Made by a program: the position numbers and the translations under genes
Notes under the pieces: model-generated
Database searches by the model: none
Told to the model about the DNA's origin: nothing
Seen by the model: the letters and a program-made list of their open reading frames with translations, nothing else
NCBI GenBank assembly: GCA_041690135.1
Contig: JAWLHY010000004.1
Location: forward strand, 320,001-384,000
Direction of reading: 5' to 3'
Source of the DNA: Armatimonadota bacterium
Lineage (GTDB): Bacteria > Armatimonadota > SYMT01
Length of the DNA stretch: 64,000 nucleotides
Shown here: positions 47,123 to 55,823 of the stretch, piece after piece
How positions within the stretch are numbered: the stretch's first letter is position 1
Layout: the number at the start of each line of letters is the position of its first letter

Positions 47123-49600
47123 TTAGTTGTCTTGCCGGATCTTGAAGGCCCAGGCATGGCGACCGGCGGTGGCGCGGGCGACGGAGTTGGGGATCTCCAG
47201 CTCCAGGCCCTGGTCGGTCATGCGCCACGCGACGTTTTTCCGGGACCCGAGGAGGCGGACCGCGGAGCCGGGCTGGGGGCGGACGGAGGGGAGGACCAGG
47301 CGCGCGGGCAGGGCGTCCACTCCCTTTTCAGGGAGGTAGATACCGTAGAGGTGGTCCTGCTTCTGCGTGAGGGCGAAGTAGTTCACCTTGTAGGGCGCGA
47401 TGGGGCGGGTGCCGTAGATCGCCTCGCCGTTGATCTCCATCCAGTCGCCGATCTCGCGCATTCGCTCCAGGGCGGGAGGCGGAAGCTGGCCGTCCGGCTG
47501 CGGGCCGACGTTGAGCAGGAAGTTACCGCCCTTCGCCACGATGTCGGCGAGCAGGTGGATCAGCTCGCGGGTGGATTTGTAGCGATCATCCGGCTTGTAT
47601 GACCACTGGTCGCCCATGGTCATGCAGGTCTCCCACACGTAGGGGAGCGGCTTATCGGGAACTTGCTGCTCGGGCGTGCGGTAGTTCTCGTACTCCCCGC
47701 CGACCGTCCGGTCCACGATGATGAGACCCGGCTGGTGGCGGCGCGCCATCGCGGCCAGGCGGTCCATCCGGATGTCCTGCTTGGGCGGACGGACCTGGCC
47801 GGCGTCGAGCCAGAGGATGTCGAACGGTCCGTATCCCGTGACCAGCTCCTCGATCTGGTTGTGGACGAAATCGACGAAGCGCCGCCACTTGTACGGTTTC
47901 GCCAGTGTGTCGTAGTTGGGGTTGCGGGTCTTCGCCGGGGCTTCCGGGCTCCAGTAATCCGGATGGTGCCAGTCCGCCTTCGAGAAGTAGGCGCCCAGGC
48001 CGAACCCTTCTTTGCGGAAGGCGTCGAACACCTGCCGGACCACGTCGGCGCGGGGGTGAGTGCTGAACGGGGTGTCCGGGTGGGTGATGCGGTAATCCGT
48101 CTGCTTCGTGTCCCACATGGAGAAGCCGTCGTGGTGCTTCGTGGTGAAGACGAAGTACTTCATCCCCGCCTGCTTCGCTGCCTGGACCCACTGCTGGGGG
48201 TCGAACTTCGTGGGGTTGAAGGTCCGGTTGAGCGCCCAGTAGTCCCGCTTGAACCGTTCCATGTCCTTGCCGCGCTGCACCCAGGCGGGGAGATCTTCCG
48301 GTCGGGCCCAGGTATCCACTTCCACCAGCGGCCACGACTCGATGCAGCCCCACTGGCTGTAGACGCCCCAGTGGACGAAGAAGCCGAACTTCTGGTCCTG
48401 GAACCACTCCAGGCGGTCCTCTAGCCTGGTACGGTTTGGCTGGGACGTGCCGCGGGGTTGCGAAGTTGGAAGGTTGAAGGTTGAAGGTTTGGAACCCTTT
48501 GGGCTGTTGCGGGTGTGAGAGGATGCAGTAGCGGTCTGTGTGCGGATGGGTTGGAGGGTGCGTTTGAGGAGCTCCCAGCCTTTTTCATCGGCGCGGAGAT
48601 CGAGGTGGCCGGCGTGCTGGTCGTAGACCTGGTGCATCTCCTCGATGGAGTCGAAGTAACCGACCAGGAAGGCGGCACTGAATGATTGTCCGGGACGGAT
48701 CTTGCGGCCGCCGAACTCTTCGATCATGCAGACGTAGCCGCGCTGGTGGCACCATGCCTCGTACACCGCGGAAGGGTCGAGGGTCATGCCGGCGAGCCAG
48801 GGGCCCTGCTTCCCCGTCTTCGGATCGCGGAGCCGGTAGGCGCGGATGAACCGTTTCGGTCGGGTGCCGCGGTCGCGCCGGTAGTTGAACTTCTCGTCCG
48901 GCGCGAAGTTCTCGAAAAACTCGCTGGCGGGGAGGCGGTCCGGCGTGTGATAGCTCAGGTAGACCTCGCTGAAGGTGTCTCCCCGCTGGTGCTTGATGTG
49001 CCCCGGCATGTCGAGGCGCAGGAACATCGCGTCGCTGCCGTTAACGGCGGTAATGCGGTCACTGGAGAGGAAGTACCGTTTGCCGGCCGGGAACACCAGC
49101 GTCTGCTCCCACCGAGATCCGGTCTTCTTCCCGGGCGCGGCGAGCCGGTATTGGAAGCGGTTCTTCACCGCCACGAAGTCCTTGCCGCGGATCACCTCCG
49201 GCTGCAGCTCCTTCGCCTGGGTGCAGATCTGCGGGCCTTCGATGCTCCGCTTCGGCGTTTTGCCGTGGTAGACGTTGTTGAAGACGTAGGCCAGGTCGCC
49301 GGGCAGTTCGCTGCGGTACGCCTCGTCGCTGCCCGGCTCCATGATCCAGTCGATGATGTCGAGTCCGAACCCCGCATCGCGGAAGCCGGTCTTGCGGTCC
49401 ACGAACGAGCCGCCGGCCACGCCGCTCACGTATCCCTGCTTGCGTACCGCCGCCTCCAGCTCCGGCGTCCGCAACTGGACCTGCTCGGCGGTCTCGCTCA
49501 CCTCGATCGCGGGGGCCGCCGCGTTCTCCGAACGGACGGGCGGGGCGGCGGCAAGGGCCAACCACGCCCCACAGACTCCGGCAAACAGCAGGATACGCAT
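47123..49600 (-). CDS. Alpha-L-fucosidase (GH29) fused to an N-terminal unknown domain
   Basis: KFGFFVHWG, FTTKHHDGF, ILWLD, PEQ, WETC, LLNVGP. Confidence 0.9.
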   Translation of the reverse strand: MRILLFAGVCGAWLALAAAPPVRSENAAAPAIEVSETAEQVQLRTPELEAAVRKQGYVSGVAGGSFVDRKTGFRDAGFGLDIIDWIMEPGSDEAYRSELPGDLAYVFNNVYHGKTPKRSIEGPQICTQAKELQPEVIRGKDFVAVKNRFQYRLAAPGKKTGSRWEQTLVFPAGKRYFLSSDRITAVNGSDAMFLRLDMPGHIKHQRGDTFSEVYLSYHTPDRLPASEFFENFAPDEKFNYRRDRGTRPKRFIRAYRLRDPKTGKQGPWLAGMTLDPSAVYEAWCHQRGYVCMIEEFGGRKIRPGQSFSAAFLVGYFDSIEEMHQVYDQHAGHLDLRADEKGWELLKRTLQPIRTQTATASSHTRNSPKGSKPSTFNLPTSQPRGTSQPNRTRLEDRLEWFQDQKFGFFVHWGVYSQWGCIESWPLVEVDTWARPEDLPAWVQRGKDMERFKRDYWALNRTFNPTKFDPQQWVQAAKQAGMKYFVFTTKHHDGFSMWDTKQTDYRITHPDTPFSTHPRADVVRQVFDAFRKEGFGLGAYFSKADWHHPDYWSPEAPAKTRNPNYDTLAKPYKWRRFVDFVHNQIEELVTGYGPFDILWLDAGQVRPPKQDIRMDRLAAMARRHQPGLIIVDRTVGGEYENYRTPEQQVPDKPLPYVWETCMTMGDQWSYKPDDRYKSTRELIHLLADIVAKGGNFLLNVGPQPDGQLPPPALERMREIGDWMEINGEAIYGTRPIAPYKVNYFALTQKQDHLYGIYLPEKGVDALPARLVLPSVRPQPGSAVRLLGSRKNVAWRMTDQGLELEIPNSVARATAGRHAWAFKIRQDN

Positions 49601-49674
49601 GTTAACTCGACCTCAACCTCAGGTATTTACAGAGTGGAACCCTTCGCCGCTTCTAGCCTGCGGAGGCAGGCTTC

Positions 49675-49760
49675 GCCTTGTGTAGCCGGGGCACCCACGT
49701 GTGGGTCGTCACTCGCCCAACCGCACCCACTCGTGGGTCGCGGCTCGCCCAGCCGTAGCT
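49675..49760. repeat. GTAG-type REP cluster
   Basis: tgtgtagccggggcacccacg(t/c)gtgggtcgtcactcgccca, also at 51384-51423. Confidence 0.75.
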
Positions 49761-49782
49761 TCCTATCGGCCCATACCTGAAA

Positions 49783-51219
49783 CTATTTCACGGCGCGGAT
49801 GAAGACATTCAATCCGGAAGGCGAAGGCGACACTTCCGTATTGGTCTGGTTAAACGGGCTGCGGACGAGGGCCTCCTGCAGTTCACGCTGGTTGTGCTGG
49901 CACGGCCGCCAGTCCAACAGAACTTCCATCACCAGCCAATCCGGGACGGCGTCGCCGAACACCACCAGTTTCAACACCCCGTGCGCGTGCAGCCACCGGT
50001 GGGCGGTGAAGAAGATCCGGCCCAGGGAGCCGGCGTCCACGTTGTCGGCGGTGTAGAGACTGGCCACGAGGTCGTAGCCGCCGAACCCTTCCGTGTCCGG
50101 AGTCAGGTCCACCGGCGAGTGCTGGCGGAAGGCGATGTCGCCGCGCGGAGCCCGGCCCTTCAGCAGATTGTTGGCGTGCACCAGCGCTTCCTGGTCGTCG
50201 TCCACGCAGGTCACGGAGATCTTGTCCGCCATCCCCGGCTCTTCCAGCAGGTCCGCCAGGGAGCGCGCCGGGCCGCAGCCGAGCGAGAGGATCCGCACGA
50301 TCCGGTCCGGCCGGGCGCGGTCCAGCACCTCACGGGTCACCCGCTCGGTGGCGATGGTCCGCCGCTCGCGGATCGCCTCGGCGAACGGCCGGGTCAGCAG
50401 CCAGGCGTCAGTGAGCAGGCCCAGGGTGTCGTCCCCTTCCGGCGTGTTGCGGTAGATGTGGTTGAAGCCGCGGTAGCCGGCGGCCCGCCCCGTGGTGCGG
50501 GTGTGCATCCGTTCTACCAGGCGGCTGGCACCCGCCAGCGCCATCAATTCGTGGCGGCAGGCCTCGACCCGGCGCTCCCGCTCCCCGGAAGGGGCACTCT
50601 CAACCGCGGCAGCCAGCGCCCGCAGAACCGGACGGTAGATGGAGGCCACGGCGGGAATCCGCTCACGGGCCCAGGCGGAAGGGGCTTCTTCCGGGGCCGG
50701 GCCCATCTCCTCCAGCGAAGCGCGAGCCTTCGCACAGGCTTCCGACAGGCGGGCCAGCACGGAAGGCTCCTCCCGCGGCTGGGCCGGGGGCGCCGGCTGG
50801 GCTCCCGCGCCCGGAGGGAGATTGACGTTCCGGGCGGCCACGGCGCCGGCCAGGCACCGCAGCAGGCGCGCGGCCACCGCGGGCTCAGCCTCCGTAAGCC
50901 AGTCCAGCTCCTGCGGCGACATCGAGATGGCAATCACGTCTTCCTCCGCGCAAACGGTCGCGGAGCTCAACCGGGACTGGATCAGCACGCTGGTGCTGCC
51001 GAACACCTGGCCGGGCAGCAGGTAGCGATGCTCTCCCGATTCCGGCTCCACCCGCAAGCGGCCCTGCTCCACCAGGTAGAAGCGTTCGACCGCCTCTCCC
51101 GCCGCAATCAGGCACTCCCCGCGTTCGAACGGCCGCCGGTAGCTAAGGTTCAGCAGAACCTCCAGGTCCTCCGGCCGCAAGATCCCCAGAACGCGCGCTG
51201 CCAGCTCCTCACCTTCCAT
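49783..51219 (-). CDS. Cyclic nucleotide-binding domain fused to a PhcB-like SAM-dependent methyltransferase
   Basis: cNMP (LVEQG..GQVFG..SATV); IYRNTPEG..AIRERR; ILSLGCGPAR. Confidence 0.8.
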   Translation of the reverse strand: MEGEELAARVLGILRPEDLEVLLNLSYRRPFERGECLIAAGEAVERFYLVEQGRLRVEPESGEHRYLLPGQVFGSTSVLIQSRLSSATVCAEEDVIAISMSPQELDWLTEAEPAVAARLLRCLAGAVAARNVNLPPGAGAQPAPPAQPREEPSVLARLSEACAKARASLEEMGPAPEEAPSAWARERIPAVASIYRPVLRALAAAVESAPSGERERRVEACRHELMALAGASRLVERMHTRTTGRAAGYRGFNHIYRNTPEGDDTLGLLTDAWLLTRPFAEAIRERRTIATERVTREVLDRARPDRIVRILSLGCGPARSLADLLEEPGMADKISVTCVDDDQEALVHANNLLKGRAPRGDIAFRQHSPVDLTPDTEGFGGYDLVASLYTADNVDAGSLGRIFFTAHRWLHAHGVLKLVVFGDAVPDWLVMEVLLDWRPCQHNQRELQEALVRSPFNQTNTEVSPSPSGLNVFIRAVK

Positions 51220-51329
51220 ATCGCTCAAGCCTTTCTAAACAGTGTCTCTTCCTATTGTACGGGAGTACGCCCACCTCGCCCCCCTCAGGATCGGTCAGCG
51301 AACGACCTTGTCATTGTGCCCAGCCCGTA

Positions 51330-51425
51330 CGGGCTTCGCCGTGTGTAGCCGCGAGTTCACTCGCCCACCCAAAGGCACGCCCTGTGTAGCCGGGGCACCC
51401 ACGCGTGGGTCGTCACTCGCCCAGT
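51330..51425. repeat. GTAG-type REP cluster
   Basis: gtagccgcgagttcactcgccc and a copy of the 49679 element. Confidence 0.75.
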
Positions 51426-51550
51426 CATAGCGGCCATCTCTTCGCACGCCCCACGAGCCGGTCATAAAGCCCCGAATGCATAGCTAGCGAGGCAGCCGGG
51501 TAAAGCAGCGCTAAGCAAACACACGAAAAGAAGGGGGCACGGAGGGAGTA

Positions 51551-52738
51551 ATGTGGGGCAACATTCGCCTGGGCAAGCTGTTCGGTATCGAGGTCCGGCT
51601 GGACTATTCCTGGTTCCTCGTTTTCTTTCTGCTCGCCTGGAGCCTGTCGGTGCGGCTGTTTCCGGGCATGGAGTTCGCAGCGGGAACCAGTTGGGTTATG
51701 GGGATCATCGCGGCGCTGCTGCTATTCGCCAGCGTGCTCGCCCATGAGATCAGTCATTCGTTGATGGCGCGCCACTACGGCGCCGACGTCAGCGCGATCA
51801 CCCTGTTTCTCTTCGGCGGCGTCGCCCAACTGCGGGGCGAGCCGCGGACGCCGAAGCAGGAGTTCATGATCACCATCGTCGGCCCCATCACCAGCGTGGT
51901 CATTGGCGGGATCTGCATGCTGCTGGCCTGGCTGATCTCCCTGGCGACGGGACTGAACCCCGTAACCGCCGTGCTCAGCTACCTGGGCGTGATCAACGTG
52001 ATCCTGGCGGTGTTCAACCTGATTCCGGGCTTCCCGCTCGACGGGGGCCGCATCCTGCGCAGCGCCGTGTGGCACCAGACCGGCAACCTCCGGAAGGCCA
52101 CCCGCTGGGCCGCCACCGCGGGCAAGGTCTTCGCCTGGCTGTTGATCGGCTACGGCCTCATCTTCCGGGTGCTCCTCGCCGGCGACCTCGGCGGGCTCTG
52201 GCTGGTCTTCATCGGCTGGTTCCTGAACAGCGCCGCGCAGGCCGAATACCAGCAGTTGCTGCTGCGCCAGACGCTGCGGGGCGTGCCCGTGGAAGAGGTG
52301 ATGGAGCGCAATGTGCCGATGGTGGATGCCGGTCTGCCCGTGAGCCAGTTTGTGAACGACTACCTCCTGCGCTTCGACCATGCGGTCTATCCCGTACAGC
52401 GCGACGGAGAGTTCGCCGGCCTGGTGACCCTGGAGGATGTGAAAGGACTGGACCGTCGGGCCTGGAATTCCACGCCCGTGGGCGGCATCACCGACCCGGC
52501 CGACGCGCAGATGATCGTGGAGGCCCAAACCGACACCTGGGAAGTGCTGACCCGGATGCTCGAGAACGATGCCACGCGCCTGCTGGTGACGGATGAGGAC
52601 GGCCACCTGGTGGGTGCGGTCTCCCGGAGCGCCATCGTGCAGTTGATGCAGCGGAAGCTGCAGTTGGGCCTGGGTGAGCCGGAGGACGTGCGACCCCGGC
52701 GGGTGGGCACCTCACGCACGCGCGGATTTGGGACGTAG
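51551..52738 (+). CDS. Site-2 protease (M50) with CBS domains
   Basis: HEISH, FNLIPGFPLDGG, C-terminal CBS pair. Confidence 0.95.
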   Translation: MWGNIRLGKLFGIEVRLDYSWFLVFFLLAWSLSVRLFPGMEFAAGTSWVMGIIAALLLFASVLAHEISHSLMARHYGADVSAITLFLFGGVAQLRGEPRTPKQEFMITIVGPITSVVIGGICMLLAWLISLATGLNPVTAVLSYLGVINVILAVFNLIPGFPLDGGRILRSAVWHQTGNLRKATRWAATAGKVFAWLLIGYGLIFRVLLAGDLGGLWLVFIGWFLNSAAQAEYQQLLLRQTLRGVPVEEVMERNVPMVDAGLPVSQFVNDYLLRFDHAVYPVQRDGEFAGLVTLEDVKGLDRRAWNSTPVGGITDPADAQMIVEAQTDTWEVLTRMLENDATRLLVTDEDGHLVGAVSRSAIVQLMQRKLQLGLGEPEDVRPRRVGTSRTRGFGT

Positions 52739-52784
52739 GGAAGTACCCGATAGGAAGTACCGAAATCAGGAAGGGAGTGAAGCG

Positions 52785-53351
52785 ATGAGGGAACCGACGC
52801 GAAATGGGAGCACGCCGTTGCGGAGCCACCTGCTGGCCGTGCTGGGACTATTGGCGATGCCGGTGGTCCTGACTTCCTGCAACACCGACCCCCGGATCGA
52901 CGCGGCTTCGCGAATCGGCGCGCCGGCGGATCAGCTACCGGTGGACGCTCGCATCGGCCAACTCCTCGAAAACCCCGAAAAGTTCATGGGGCTGACCGTG
53001 GTGGTGGCCGGCGAAGTCAACGACGTGCTGGGCCCCCATGCGTTCACCATCGGCGGGGAGGAGTTCTTCCCGCCGGGCGAGGTGCTGGTGGTCAGCCCCA
53101 CCGGTTTCCCGTCGATTCCGGATTCCGAAAAGCATGAGTACCTGGTCGACGAGGATGTGGTGCAGGTGACCGGACGCCTCGCCCGTTTCAACCGCGAAGC
53201 GCTGGCGCAAGAGTTCCCCCCGGGAGCGCTGCAGAGCGACGCCCTGAACGAATGGGCCGGCAAGCCCGTCATCGTGGTGACAAACATGGTCAGCCATCCG
53301 CGCGCTCGCGATCGCGGGGTGGGCATGCCACCCGCGCCGCAATCGCGCTGA
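52785..53351 (+). CDS. Hypothetical lipoprotein (OB-fold-like)
   Basis: LTSC lipobox; AGGAAGGGAG RBS. Confidence 0.75.
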   Translation: MREPTRNGSTPLRSHLLAVLGLLAMPVVLTSCNTDPRIDAASRIGAPADQLPVDARIGQLLENPEKFMGLTVVVAGEVNDVLGPHAFTIGGEEFFPPGEVLVVSPTGFPSIPDSEKHEYLVDEDVVQVTGRLARFNREALAQEFPPGALQSDALNEWAGKPVIVVTNMVSHPRARDRGVGMPPAPQSR

Positions 53352-53388
53352 TCGATCCAACGAGCATCGGACAACAGAGCGCAAGGGG

Positions 53389-54204
53389 GTGAATGATGGA
53401 AAGGAGCGAGGATTGATGCTGCGCAGCGTGCAGGGCTTGAAGGGATCGACCGTCATCGCCGTGGACGGCGACGTCGGTACGGTGGATGAGTTCTTCTTCG
53501 ACGACGAGCAGTGGACGGTTCGCTACCTGGTAGCGGACACGGGGGGTTGGCTCACCGGTCAGAGGATCCTGATCTCGCCGATGTCCCTGGGACGGTCCGA
53601 CTGGCGGCAGCACACGCTATACGTGGACCTGACCCGCGACCAGATCCGGAACGCACCCGGCGTCGATACGGAGCGACCGGTCTCCCGCCAGTGGGAAGTA
53701 GACTACTACAACTACTACGGCTGGCCGTACTACTGGGGCGGCGCGGGCATCTGGGGGCCGGCCATGTATCCCGCGGTCGTACCGCCGGCCGTGGCGCCGG
53801 GAGGAGTCCGCGGCCGGTACGAGGAGGATGAAGAGGAGCGACCGGAAGACTCTCACCTCCGCAGTTCGGAAGAAGTGACGGGCTACAGTATCCAATGTCC
53901 GGACGGCGACCTGGGGCACGTCGAAGACTTCATTGTCGACGATGAGAACTGGGTGATCCGCTACCTCGCGGTGGATACGCGCAACTGGTGGCCGGGCAAG
54001 AAGGTGCTGCTGCCGCCGCAGTGGATCGACAGCGTGAGCTGGACCGACCGCGCCGTTTTCATCGAGCTGCAGCGAGAAACGGTCCGGAACGCACCGGAGT
54101 GGGATCCGGGCGCCCCGATCAGCCGCGACTACGAACGGCGACTTCACGACTATTACGGACACCCGCACTATTGGGAACACCCCGACCTCCGCCGCGCCGC
54201 CTGA
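53389..54204 (+). CDS. Tandem PRC-barrel domain protein
   Basis: Two DG.G.V.(E/D)F..DD..W..RYL repeats; start may be near 53415. Confidence 0.9.
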   Translation: MNDGKERGLMLRSVQGLKGSTVIAVDGDVGTVDEFFFDDEQWTVRYLVADTGGWLTGQRILISPMSLGRSDWRQHTLYVDLTRDQIRNAPGVDTERPVSRQWEVDYYNYYGWPYYWGGAGIWGPAMYPAVVPPAVAPGGVRGRYEEDEEERPEDSHLRSSEEVTGYSIQCPDGDLGHVEDFIVDDENWVIRYLAVDTRNWWPGKKVLLPPQWIDSVSWTDRAVFIELQRETVRNAPEWDPGAPISRDYERRLHDYYGHPHYWEHPDLRRAA

Positions 54205-54244
54205 GGCGCTGGAAGCTGTAACTGCGGTAGGGTTCCGCCAGTAA

Positions 54245-54555
54245 CCCCAGCGGGGCGGTCCGTAGCCCCGAAGGGGCGGTCCGTAGCCCCGAAGGGGCGG
54301 TCGGAGAAAAGCCGGGGGTGCCAACCCCCGGACTTCCAGCCCTGAAAGGGCGACAGAGAATAGCCGGGGGTGCCAACCCCCGGATTGGGCACCCTCACAG
54401 AAAAGCCCTGAAAGGGCGACAGAGCTGACTCCCAGCCCCGGCGCATGCGTCCGTATGGAAGGGGCGAGAGAGATCGGGCGCCCGCATGCGGGCAGGGGGG
54501 TGCAAACCCCCGGACTGCACGCCCTCGCAGAAAAGCCCTGAAAGGGCGATAGAGC
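54245..54555. repeat. REP cluster (gccccgaaggggc / gccctgaaagggc with gccggggg tgccaacccccgg hairpins)
   Basis: Multiple palindromic units; related to 40196-40280. Confidence 0.85.
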
Positions 54556-54606
54556 TGCACACCGTCAGGAAAACTGCCCCCTCGGCCTCGGTTTGGTAGC
54601 CTCAAA

Positions 54607-55386
54607 CTACTCCGGAACCGCGGGGTACCACACTCGGCTACCCTCCACCCGCGCAAACCGTGTCAGCGTGTGCGGCACCCGCTTGTCCTCCGCCATCAGG
54701 TGTATCGCGGGAATGCCGCGGGCCAGCAACGCGTCCGCGACCAGGGAGCGGTGGCAACGCCAGTAAACGGTTTCGGCGCACATGATGGCCGTGGTCCGAT
54801 AGCCGAGGAGGGCGATCAGCTCTTCCAGCGAGCTTTCGAACGCGGGCATCTGCATGTAGTCCGCATATCCCCGGAAGCTCGCATTCCGCCAGCCCGCATT
54901 CGGCGAGTCCGGGGTGGTCTTACGCAGGCCTCCGAGCCCGGGCAGATGCAGATAGCACAGCCCGTGCAGCGGCAGTTGCCTCGCCAGTTCCGTCTTCTCG
55001 AACTGGGGGTTATGGCGAGAACGCGGAACCGTGCGGATGTCCGCCAGGATCTCGACCCCCGCCGAGCCCAGGAGCCGCAGGAACTCCTCCGAGGACCGGG
55101 TGCCATGCCCCACCGTGAAACAGGTGGGCTCCTGAACCCGCCGGGGCCGGCACCGTAGGTGCTCGGCGTGCGGCTGCAGGACATCCGCGAATGCCGCAAA
55201 GCGGGACGCCGGAACCACCCCACCCATCGAGCAGTAGCCGGCCAACAGGAATAGTTCGCCCGTTCGGATCTCTTCCCCACAGGCAGCGCAGGGGAGCGGA
55301 CCGTAGGCGTCGGCCCATTCGGCGCGCATGTGGAGCGGGCACCCTTCCGGGTTCGTATTGAGTTCGACCAGTTCCAGCCAATTCAT
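54607..55386 (-). CDS. DUF488 family protein with Cys-containing N-terminal extension
   Basis: TVGHGTR, DIRTVPRSR, LGGLR, MCAE..WRCHR. Confidence 0.88.
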   Translation of the reverse strand: MNWLELVELNTNPEGCPLHMRAEWADAYGPLPCAACGEEIRTGELFLLAGYCSMGGVVPASRFAAFADVLQPHAEHLRCRPRRVQEPTCFTVGHGTRSSEEFLRLLGSAGVEILADIRTVPRSRHNPQFEKTELARQLPLHGLCYLHLPGLGGLRKTTPDSPNAGWRNASFRGYADYMQMPAFESSLEELIALLGYRTTAIMCAETVYWRCHRSLVADALLARGIPAIHLMAEDKRVPHTLTRFARVEGSRVWYPAVPE

Positions 55387-55412
55387 GCTTCGTTATCCGG
55401 ACCGGCGCCTCC

Positions 55413-55579
55413 CCAAGGGGTTGGGAGAAGCATCTGAGCGGTTTCTAGCCACTCGGCACAAGCCTGTTTCTCCACCCACGTCAGCGAAGCTTGCCGGAGT
55501 GACGGCGCGGGTGCCCGATCGCGCGTGTCGGCCTCCATGGGGTGTACCGTACCTGCTCAGTTACTTCCACACCCCTTGG
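55413..55579 (-). ncRNA. Candidate structured RNA/MITE, copy 2, upstream of the DUF488 gene
   Basis: Closing stem ccaagggg/ccccttgg, ctgagc/gctcag; homologous to 22189-22330. Confidence 0.55.
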
Positions 55580-55823
55580 TACAGATGGGAGTGGGAAGGA
55601 ACACGGGACCGATTGAGCGGGCCTCGCCCACGGCGATTTTCCCCTATAGGTCCGCCCGGGGGTCTGCCGACCGTACCAGAGAGTGCAGCGACAACCCAGA
55701 TCTGCGCAGGAGCTTTCCGCTTCCCTGATTTTAGAGTCGTCGCTTCGTGGTTTGCCGGGCGGCCAAACGGGCTAGATTCGAATCAATTCCGATTCCGGAT
55801 TCACGACCCAGCGAGGCCGACCC

